Of a stretch of 33,836 nt of DNA, positions 9,101-15,907 are shown in pieces. Origin of the DNA: Melioribacteraceae bacterium (lineage in GTDB: Bacteria > Bacteroidota > Ignavibacteria > Ignavibacteriales > Melioribacteraceae); the NCBI GenBank assembly GCA_036743235.1, contig DAINPX010000001.1:1-33836 (forward strand), given 5' to 3'. The notes below the pieces were generated by a model, which saw only the letters and a list, made by a program, of their open reading frames with translations, did no database searches and was not told where the DNA came from. Position numbers and translations under genes: made by a program. Every line of letters begins with the position of its first letter. The first letter of the stretch is position 1.

Positions 9101-9871
9101 TAACTTTTCGCAATGTTCAATAATTGTATCGGTAACTACTCCGCTTTCAACTTCAATAACGGGAATAATATTTTCATTTTCCTCAACATGTTCTATTTCA
9201 TGTATTTTAGTAAACTTTTCGGTATTTATTACCATTGTTCTTCTGTTAACGGGCACGGCTCCGCCGGTTAACCCGGTACCGCCGCCTCTGGGAATTATAG
9301 AAAGATTTAATTTTTTAGCTACTTTAATTAATACCGGTATCTCCTCAATAGAATTGGGATATACAACAACAAACGGATACTCTACTCGCCAATCTGTTGC
9401 ATCGGTAGCATGGCTTACAAGATGAAAAGAGGAAAAATGTACATTTTTTAATGATACTAAACCGGTTAACATTAAAAGTAATTTTTGTCGTAATAATTTT
9501 ACAGTGTAAAACTCCTTAAAAAATCTTTCATTTAAATCTTCAACCTTTTTTATAACTTTTAAGGCAGTTTCATCCCCTTTGCTATTCCGTCTTACTGTTT
9601 CTATTCTTGAATTATGTATTATTTTTAACTTATTTCTTTTATGTTTATTTTTAAGAAATTCCTCATATAGGTAAGGGTTTCGTTCTATAATAAATATATC
9701 GCCAACATTTTCGTATAATAGTTTTGCACTTCTTCCTGTTATTCTTCTATTTCTTAATAGTTCAACTTGTTGCCAAGTCTCTTTATCAAAATATTTTAAT
9801 ATAATTTCTTTATCCGAAAACGAAGTATAATTATAAGTAATTTCTCTAAATCTAAATTCTTTACTTTGCAT
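6200..9871 (-). CDS. Large fused oxidoreductase: N-terminal DUF3683-like region, FAD-linked oxidase (GlcD-like), 2x[4Fe-4S] ferredoxin motifs and two CCG cysteine-rich domains (GlcF/HdrD-like)
   Basis: 1223 aa. PRGGGTGLTGGAVP marks the FAD_binding_4 domain and SGEHGIGLTK the FAD-oxidase C-terminal part. Cluster motifs are CVRCGKCKTVC..P and CTVCHKCQVPCP. CCG-type motifs are FPGCGSE...CCGYP and EPCHSP...CCGEAG. The overall architecture resembles E. coli YdiJ. An AGGAGA Shine-Dalgarno sequence is present, 25 nt after the asd stop. Confidence 0.8.
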   Translation of the reverse strand: MQSKEFRFREITYNYTSFSDKEIILKYFDKETWQQVELLRNRRITGRSAKLLYENVGDIFIIERNPYLYEEFLKNKHKRNKLKIIHNSRIETVRRNSKGDETALKVIKKVEDLNERFFKEFYTVKLLRQKLLLMLTGLVSLKNVHFSSFHLVSHATDATDWRVEYPFVVVYPNSIEEIPVLIKVAKKLNLSIIPRGGGTGLTGGAVPVNRRTMVINTEKFTKIHEIEHVEENENIIPVIEVESGVVTDTIIEHCEKLGYIFATDPTSAWASTIGGNIAENAGGKKCVMWGTAIDNLYSFKIVNSTGDILKVKRRNHPYRKILPEDNVIFDVYKLNGKGDLLTKTIELSGTEIRKKGLGKDITNKALKGLPGLQKEGGDGVIVSAKFVLYTPFKYCKTICIEFFGSNMVAASNAIIKINDLFSEDNKVYLTALEHFDEKYVDAINYRNKSNRNENPKAVLLIDLESNYTDELEQGCNKIISVANSFNAEGTLAINDSERKIFWNDRKHLGAIAKHTNAFKLNEDIVIPLRNLPHFADYIEQLNYCKEYENSITTINKINDYLIELNKSERDNIPHKRVEGIIVELENKKQIYNKLLHEINTNNNILADIQSGKIIIEYDKEITSYYKKVFHGYDEIIKDIEKIEIAERTRKIIIATHMHAGDGNVHVNIPVHSNDYLMMNEADEAASLSMKKAVELGGVVSGEHGIGLTKLKFIDQEILDEYQAYKKINDPDDLFNPGKLNKNFPLYLIYTPSFNLLEREAIILEYTDLEKLSSQISSCVRCGKCKTVCNTHYPKGEMFYNPRNKILAVGSITEAVLFAAQTLDMKSFEYFKNLREISDNCTVCHKCQVPCPVKIDFGDISITIRKQLEFRKKTKAKIFTAIALFYLGRKKYFINKIFRLGLLKIGYNSQRIISYINKPISYYTGLIIPKLNHLLRSPFPKSGEKTIREIFNLKNTDMFYCFENPKITTGKSVVYFPGCGSERMIPEISLAVITLLYNAGIKVVIPPEYLCCGYPFMANGKIETAELKSYENRVIFHKMAYTAGYLNIEAVIVSCGTCYEMLDKYELENIFNNAKLIDVNEYIAQEQLYTKKSNGNKLYYHEPCHSPLKHKGCDKTFSNIYGIKPDVIPNCCGEAGTLALSRPDIANILRDRKVENFNNQNYEKQIEVLTTCPSCVMGLNKLDSNIKVNGKSLVIYNAEQFLGKDWKKNFIKTVKKEGIEKILF

Positions 9872-9896
9872 TATTTCTCCTTACCTAATAAGGGTA

Positions 9897-10937
9897 TTAT
9901 ATCATTCTTTTTTTATACATTATTTCTGCAATTAATATGGTACCCCCGGCAGCTCCTCTTATTGTATTATGCGATAATACAACATATTTATAGTCAAATA
10001 AATTACACTCCCTTAATCTTCCTGTAATAGCAGCCATCCCTTTATCTATACTTTTATGTAAACGTGGTTGAGGATATTTTTCGTTGTCAAAATATTTTAT
10101 TGGTGTTACCGGTGCAAAAGGTAAATTCATTTCTTGCGGTAAAGATTTATATTCTTCCCAAGTTTTTAATATTTCCTCTTTTGTCGGTTTATTAATAAAA
10201 CTAAGCTGAACAATTTCCGTGTGGCCGTCTTTTACAAACACTCTATTTGTAGAAGCACTAATTTTAATATCTGCATTAATAATTTTATCCTCATCCATTC
10301 TCCCCAATATTTTAAGAGGTTCACTTTCCAATTTATCTTCCTCACCCCCAATAAAAGGAATAATATTATCTATCATATCTAAACTCGGCACTCCCGGATA
10401 TCCCGCACCGCTTATTGCCTGTAATGTAACAACATTTATTGACTTAACTCCAAATTTGTTATGTAATGGGGCAATTGATAATATTAACCCTATAGTTGAA
10501 CAATTAGGATTTGTAACAATAGCTCCGTTATTATATTTCTGATACTTTATTAAATTTAAGTGCTCATGGTTAACTTCCGGAATAATTAACGGAACAGCAT
10601 AACTCCATCTGTGGTTTTTTGCATTTGATATTATTATATGTCCTTTATTTGCCAAGTTTTCTTCAATCTCTCCCGCAACCGAAGCATCTAATGCCGAAAA
10701 CAATAATTTGGAATTAAATTTATCATCGCATAATTTAATAACTTTATCGGCAATTTTTTTAGGCATCTCAGCATCTTCAATCCAGTTAACAACGTCCTTA
10801 TATTTTTTCCCTGCAGATTTATCTGATGCCGCAATTTCTTCTACTTCAAAATACGGATGATTATTTAATAGTGTTATAAATTTTTGTCCTACACTTCCTG
10901 TAGCTCCTAAAACCCCTACTTTTATTTTTTTATCCAT
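9897..10937 (-). CDS. asd: Aspartate-semialdehyde dehydrogenase
   Basis: 346 aa. Motifs are VGVLGATGSVGQ, the active-site NPNCST, and QAISGAGY. Confidence 0.92.
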   Translation of the reverse strand: MDKKIKVGVLGATGSVGQKFITLLNNHPYFEVEEIAASDKSAGKKYKDVVNWIEDAEMPKKIADKVIKLCDDKFNSKLLFSALDASVAGEIEENLANKGHIIISNAKNHRWSYAVPLIIPEVNHEHLNLIKYQKYNNGAIVTNPNCSTIGLILSIAPLHNKFGVKSINVVTLQAISGAGYPGVPSLDMIDNIIPFIGGEEDKLESEPLKILGRMDEDKIINADIKISASTNRVFVKDGHTEIVQLSFINKPTKEEILKTWEEYKSLPQEMNLPFAPVTPIKYFDNEKYPQPRLHKSIDKGMAAITGRLRECNLFDYKYVVLSHNTIRGAAGGTILIAEIMYKKRMI

Positions 10938-10943
10938 ATTTAC

Positions 10944-12251
10944 CTACTCGTTAATACTTAATAAATATTCTTTTAAATCTTCATAATTGCTTGATAAAAC
11001 ACTACTCTTTTTTTCTCTATCTATACACTTTGTCAATCTATCGGGTTTTTCTATTTTTTTATTTAATGCGTTTTCTATTATCTCGTAAAATTTTGCCGGA
11101 TGCGCAGTTTCTAAAATAATAAATTGCGTATTCTTACTGAATTTATCCTGCATTTTTTTTGTTGCTGCATAGCCCACTGCACCATGAGGGTCAATTATAT
11201 ATCCATATTTTGTATAAACTTCTTTTATACCGTTTAATATTTCATCATCGTTAATTTTATTGGATACAACATCATCCATAATTTTTTTGTGTTCATTATT
11301 ATATAAATCAATTATACGGGCTAAATTACTCGGGTTACCAACATCCATTGCGTTTGCATAAGTTTTTACGGATTTTTCCGATTTAAATACACTTGTTTTT
11401 AAATATTTATTAAATACATCATTAATATTTAATGCAGCAATAAATTTATTTACAGGCAATCCCATTTTTTTTGTAATAAGCCCAGCCGTTAAATTCCCTA
11501 AATTCCCGCTTGGAACGGTAAAAACAATATTTTCGGCACTTTCGCTACAATTAAAATAAGCGTCATAATAATAGATCATTTGAGGCAATAACCTTGCTAT
11601 ATTTATTGAATTAGCAGATGAAAGTCTAATATTGTTTTTTAAAAATTTATCATTAAAAGCCGTTTTAACAAGTCTTTGACAATCGTCAAATGTTCCTTCT
11701 ATTTCCAATGCTTTAACGTTACCACCTAAAGTAGTTATTTGTTTTTCTTGCAAAAAACTAATTTTATTTTTAGGATACAAAACAACAACTTCAATTCCAT
11801 TTTTATTATAAAATCCGTTTGCAACCGCACTACCCGTATCTCCCGAAGTTGCAACAAGTATTATTAACTTTCTTTTTTCATTCTTATTAAAATACTCGGT
11901 AACTGCAGCCGTAAATTGTGCCCCAAAATCTTTAAATGCCAAGGTGGGTCCGTTAAACAATTCCAACACCATTGTATTATTATCAAGTAATACCAACGGG
12001 GAATTAAATGTAAAAATATTATCAACAATGTCTATAAAATCATTTTCAGGTATCTCATCTTCAATGTATTTTTTTAATATCGGAAATGCTGTATTTTTAA
12101 ACGAATGATTTTTATTTTTACTAAAGTATTCATTTTCCATTTTGGGAATTATTAACGGCATATATAAACCACCGTCTGCGGCTAATCCTTCTAATACTGC
12201 GGTTTTAAAAGATACAATATTGTTTTTGTTGTTTGTACTATAATATTTCAT
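10944..12251 (-). CDS. thrC: Threonine synthase
   Basis: 435 aa. It has the PLP-lysine motif PTLAFKDFG, then ATSGDTGSA and TAHPAKF. Confidence 0.92.
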   Translation of the reverse strand: MKYYSTNNKNNIVSFKTAVLEGLAADGGLYMPLIIPKMENEYFSKNKNHSFKNTAFPILKKYIEDEIPENDFIDIVDNIFTFNSPLVLLDNNTMVLELFNGPTLAFKDFGAQFTAAVTEYFNKNEKRKLIILVATSGDTGSAVANGFYNKNGIEVVVLYPKNKISFLQEKQITTLGGNVKALEIEGTFDDCQRLVKTAFNDKFLKNNIRLSSANSINIARLLPQMIYYYDAYFNCSESAENIVFTVPSGNLGNLTAGLITKKMGLPVNKFIAALNINDVFNKYLKTSVFKSEKSVKTYANAMDVGNPSNLARIIDLYNNEHKKIMDDVVSNKINDDEILNGIKEVYTKYGYIIDPHGAVGYAATKKMQDKFSKNTQFIILETAHPAKFYEIIENALNKKIEKPDRLTKCIDREKKSSVLSSNYEDLKEYLLSINE

Positions 12252-12252
12252 T

Positions 12253-13191
12253 TTATTTTCTATTTATTAATAATGCCCCTTGCTTATTAACTTTTGTTAC
12301 AAAAATAGAATAAGCATATTTTTGTGTCTTCATAAACTCTTTTATGTTTGTGCTTATTTGTCCGGCAATTTCGCTAGAACCTGCAAAGGCAAAAATGGAG
12401 GGACCACTTCCTGAAATATTACATGCCAAAGCACCCGATTTATAAGCGATATTTTTTATTTCTGCGTAATTAGGAATTAAAAACGCCCTGGCAGGTTCAA
12501 CAATATAATCTTCAACAGCTCTTCCTATTAAATTCAAATCATTCATAAACAAACCTGCAGTTAATGCTGCACTATTTCCCCAATGCTTTATTGCATCTTT
12601 TAAAGGTACGCATTCAGGTAATACTCTTCTGGCTTCTTTTGTGCTTATTTCTATATCGGTATATATTATTACGCAGTATAAATTTTCTGGAGTGGGTAAT
12701 TTTATTATATCAAGCGGAGAATAACTCCTTATTAAAATAAATCCCCCGAATAATGCAGGAGCCACATTATCGGCATGTAATCCTCCGCTTGCTATTTTTT
12801 CGCCTTGTAATGCATATTCCAACAATTTATTTTCGGAAAGATTGAGATCGAACAAATAATTACCCGCTACCGCAGAAGCAACAGCACAAGCCGCGCTACT
12901 GCCTAAACCGCTGCTAATTGGCATATATTTGTTAATTTCCAATTCCACACCACAAGAAATATTATTTTCCAACATCATTGTAATTAACGGAGCTCCAACG
13001 GTATTAAGCCTAATATCTTTTGGCAATTTACCTTTATCGCCGGATATTGATTTAATTATCAAATCATTCCCCTCGGTTTTACGTAACGTAATTTCATCTC
13101 CTAATTTTTCAATTGCAAAACCAAACGTGTCAAATCCGCAACCAACATTACTTACCGAAGCCGGTACAAATACTTTAACTTCATTATACAT
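12253..13191 (-). CDS. thrB: Homoserine kinase
   Basis: 312 aa. It has the GHMP kinase motif PISSGLGSSAA and an N-terminal PASVSNVGCGFD. Confidence 0.92.
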   Translation of the reverse strand: MYNEVKVFVPASVSNVGCGFDTFGFAIEKLGDEITLRKTEGNDLIIKSISGDKGKLPKDIRLNTVGAPLITMMLENNISCGVELEINKYMPISSGLGSSAACAVASAVAGNYLFDLNLSENKLLEYALQGEKIASGGLHADNVAPALFGGFILIRSYSPLDIIKLPTPENLYCVIIYTDIEISTKEARRVLPECVPLKDAIKHWGNSAALTAGLFMNDLNLIGRAVEDYIVEPARAFLIPNYAEIKNIAYKSGALACNISGSGPSIFAFAGSSEIAGQISTNIKEFMKTQKYAYSIFVTKVNKQGALLINRK

Positions 13192-13200
13192 AATATTTTT

Positions 13201-15648
13201 TTATATTTTATCAATTATTTTAATTAAATCGGCAAATACCGCCGCAGCCGTAACCTCTAATCCCGCACCGGGACCTTGAATTATTAATGGATTATTATTA
13301 TAATATTTACTTTTAATAACTACCATATTATCGGTTAAACATAAATTATAAAACGGACTATTAGGTCCAATAGACTTAATTCCTATTTTTGCTTTTCCGT
13401 TTTTATATTCCGCAATATATTTTAATCTTTCATTTTTGCTTTCGGACTGTAACCGCTTATTTTCATATTCTTTATCTACTTCAGATAAGTTGTTATAAAA
13501 ATCATCCAAAGTGCAATCAAAAAGTAATTCATTATCAATTATCTTTTCTTGTTCAATCGCATTAGGTTCTATGACAATTCCCAATTCGCGTATTAGAATA
13601 ATTATTTTTCGTAAAACATCAAATCCCGATAAATCGTCTCGTGGGTCCGGTTCGCTAAATCCTTTTTTGCTTGCTTTTTTTATTGCTTTAGATAACGGTA
13701 CATCCTTAGAAATAATATTAAAAATATACCCCAGCGTACCCGATAATACTGCCTCAATTTCTTCTATTTCATCTCCTGCGTTTTTCAAATCGTTTAGCGA
13801 AGTTAATATCGGTAATCCGGCTCCAACGGTTGCTTCGTAATTAAAAAAAGTTTTGTTTTTTTGTAATTCCAAAAGTTTTTGATAATAATTGTAATCTATT
13901 GAATTTGCCGTTTTATTGGCAGTAACAATACTCACTTTGTTTTTAAGCAAATTCAAGTATTCTTTTGCAAGTTCCTTTCCTGATGTACAATCAACAAAAA
14001 TTTTATTTTTTAATTTAGAGTTAATAATTTGTTCAACAAATTTATTATCGGTATAATTTTTTGCTATAAAATTAAAATTACTTCCTAAGTCCTTATCGTT
14101 TATCCCCTCAATACTCCAAATCATTTTTTTACTGTTTGAAACCCCTATTAAATTAAGTCTTATATTTTTTTGCTTTAACAAATATTCTTTTCTATTTATA
14201 AGTATTTCTATAAATTTATTACCTATCTTTCCAATTCCTGCCACAAACAAATATACATCTTTTACACCGTTAAAAAAGAATTTTTTGTGTATTAAATTTA
14301 GTGCATTCTTTAAATCCGTTTTATTTATGACCATTGAAATGTTTAACTCGCTACTTCCTTGGGCAATAGCAACAATATTAATTTTTTCGTCTCCTAAGGC
14401 TAAAAATAAATTTCCGGCAATTCCGGCAGTGCTTCTCATATTTTCGCCAACTACCGCTACAATTGATAATTCACTCTCTATCTTAATATCGTTAACTAAA
14501 CCATCTTTTAATTCGTAATAGAATTCATTTCTAATTACTTCTTGTGCTTTTTCGGCAAATTTGGGTAATACTGCAAAACAAATAGAATGTTCAGAGGATG
14601 CTTGAGTAATTAATATTATATTAATTCCTTCGTTTGCCAATACTCCAAACAACCTTTTGGCAATACCTGCTACACCTACCATTCCCGGACCTTGAACACT
14701 AATTAAAGCTACTTCGTCTATTGAAGAAATTCCTTTTATTGCATATTTGTCTTTTGTAGAACTACTTTGAACTAATGTACCAATAAAATTAGGATTAAAA
14801 GTGTTTTTTATTCTAATCGGAATATTTTTAACCATTGCCGGATACATAGTTGGCGGATGAATTACTTTTGCACCGAAGTGGGATAGTTCCATTGCTTCTT
14901 CGTAAGATAAAAATGAAACAGGAAAAGCATCTTTTACTTTTCGCGGATCTGCCGTTAATACACCGTCAACATCCGTCCATATTTCAATTTCTTCAACATT
15001 TAGTGCTGCTCCTATTATTGATGCCGTATAATCCGATCCTCCCCGCCCTAATGTTGTTGTTTCGTTTAAATTATTTGAAGCAATAAACCCTGTAATTATT
15101 TCAACTTTATTACTTTTTTCAAAATAATTTTTAATTAGTTTTTCCGAAATTTCTAAATTAACTTTTGCCGAACCAAATAGTGAATCGGTTTTAATAATTT
15201 CTCTTGCATCGCAATAATTGGCATTAATTCCTAATGTAATAAAATATTCCGATATTGCATAATTAGAAATTCTTTCTCCATAACTCAACAAATTATCCAT
15301 AGTTTTAGGAGAAATTTCTTTTATAAGATATATACCATGCAGCAAATCTTTTATTTCATTTAAAAATATTTCTACCTGATATTGTATTTTTTTTGTATTC
15401 TTTTTAATTAGCTTTGTTACAATTTCTTTGGTTTTTTCTACTAAAATATTAAAATTGGTTTTATAGCTAATATCTCCTTTAGATGCCGTTAATCCTATTT
15501 CTATTAATAAATCCGTTACGCCTTGAAAAGCCGAAAAAACAACGGCTATTTTTTCGTTATTTTTTAATTTGTTTTTTATTATGCTTCCTACATCTGCAAT
15601 TCTATCGGCACTACCTACAGAAGAACCTCCAAATTTTAAAACTTTCAT
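13201..15648 (-). CDS. thrA: Bifunctional aspartokinase / homoserine dehydrogenase (paralogue II, thr-linked)
   Basis: 815 aa. It has KFGGSSV and TTTLGRGGSDYTA...WTDVDGVLTADPR (kinase domain), a central ACT region, and a C-terminal HSDH domain (GIGKIGN, LSGTLGYIF). GAGGAG Shine-Dalgarno sequence. It is followed directly by thrB and thrC. Confidence 0.92.
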   Translation of the reverse strand: MKVLKFGGSSVGSADRIADVGSIIKNKLKNNEKIAVVFSAFQGVTDLLIEIGLTASKGDISYKTNFNILVEKTKEIVTKLIKKNTKKIQYQVEIFLNEIKDLLHGIYLIKEISPKTMDNLLSYGERISNYAISEYFITLGINANYCDAREIIKTDSLFGSAKVNLEISEKLIKNYFEKSNKVEIITGFIASNNLNETTTLGRGGSDYTASIIGAALNVEEIEIWTDVDGVLTADPRKVKDAFPVSFLSYEEAMELSHFGAKVIHPPTMYPAMVKNIPIRIKNTFNPNFIGTLVQSSSTKDKYAIKGISSIDEVALISVQGPGMVGVAGIAKRLFGVLANEGINIILITQASSEHSICFAVLPKFAEKAQEVIRNEFYYELKDGLVNDIKIESELSIVAVVGENMRSTAGIAGNLFLALGDEKINIVAIAQGSSELNISMVINKTDLKNALNLIHKKFFFNGVKDVYLFVAGIGKIGNKFIEILINRKEYLLKQKNIRLNLIGVSNSKKMIWSIEGINDKDLGSNFNFIAKNYTDNKFVEQIINSKLKNKIFVDCTSGKELAKEYLNLLKNKVSIVTANKTANSIDYNYYQKLLELQKNKTFFNYEATVGAGLPILTSLNDLKNAGDEIEEIEAVLSGTLGYIFNIISKDVPLSKAIKKASKKGFSEPDPRDDLSGFDVLRKIIILIRELGIVIEPNAIEQEKIIDNELLFDCTLDDFYNNLSEVDKEYENKRLQSESKNERLKYIAEYKNGKAKIGIKSIGPNSPFYNLCLTDNMVVIKSKYYNNNPLIIQGPGAGLEVTAAAVFADLIKIIDKI

Positions 15649-15673
15649 AACTCCTCATCTACTTGTTTAAAAT

Positions 15674-15707
15674 AAAAAAACCGACCTAGTTAGACTAAAG
15701 TCGGTTT
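15674..15707 (-). terminator. Intrinsic terminator upstream of thrA (attenuator 3:4 helix)
   Basis: Minus strand reads AAACCGAC-(14-nt loop)-GTCGGTTT, followed by TTTTATTTT. It ends 25 nt before the thrA ATG. Confidence 0.6.
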
Positions 15708-15729
15708 AAAAGAATAGTATTCACCAACT

Positions 15730-15789
15730 TCAGTCTGTTAGACTGCCGGTAGTTATAACGGATGTTAGTGAAATACACGAGGATAACAT
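15730..15789 (-). CDS. Candidate thr leader peptide, 19 aa: MLSSCISLTSVITTGSLTD
   Basis: Manual translation. The Ile-Thr-Thr codons (ATA ACT ACC) end 4 nt upstream of region 1. The TGA stop lies inside region 2. There is no obvious Shine-Dalgarno sequence, and trpL lacks one too. Confidence 0.4.
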   Translation of the reverse strand: MLSSCISLTSVITTGSLTD

Positions 15790-15853
15790 ATGGACAAACC
15801 TTATAATTTATAATTATGCAAATAATTAAATAACTTTTCAAATTTACAGTGTA

Positions 15854-15882
15854 TATATAAGACATATTTTTGTATAAAGCAA
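15854..15882 (-). promoter_or_regulatory. Sigma-70-like promoter candidate for the thr leader
   Basis: Minus strand reads TTGCTT (15882..15877), a 17-nt spacer, then TATATA (15859..15854). It lies 26 nt after the stop of the upstream AK-HSDH gene. Confidence 0.35.
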
Positions 15883-15907
15883 GCATAAAAATGCAAAAAA
15901 CCCGAAA

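Larger units (their letters stand above)
15674..15789 (-). promoter_or_regulatory. Candidate Thr-type leader-peptide transcription attenuator (regions 1-4 plus leader ORF)
   Basis: Minus strand. Region 1 is CAGTCT (15745..15740). Region 2 is AGACTGAAGTTGGT (15736..15723). Region 3 is ACCGACTTTAGTCT (15705..15692). Region 4 is GTCGGTTT (15685..15678), followed by a T-run. Pairing 1:2 is a 6-bp hairpin. Pairing 2:3 is a 14-bp helix with two G.U pairs that consumes the 5' arm of the terminator. Pairing 3:4 is the terminator. Confidence 0.55.

Noticed and set aside
8652-9425. 257-aa ORF on the plus strand, the longest antisense ORF in the track.
   Set aside because: It lies entirely inside, and antisense to, the strongly supported FAD/FeS oxidoreductase gene. 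Its composition is low-complexity and rich in S, P, F, L and I. It has no recognisable motifs, and no Shine-Dalgarno sequence was examined. Long antisense open frames are an expected by-product of biased codon usage. The same reasoning applies to the other plus-strand ORFs nested in minus-strand genes, such as 733..1104, 3489..3947, 4749..5138, 10219..10542, 12929..13279, 13511..13840, 21609..21995, 26747..27115 and 33055..33516.
15695-15886. 63-aa minus-strand ORF spanning the gap between the two AK-HSDH genes.
   Set aside because: It runs through the predicted promoter, the alternative helices and into the terminator loop. Its composition is AT-driven (I, Y, N, L, K rich) with no domain. 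The region is better explained as an attenuator with a 19-codon leader in a different frame.
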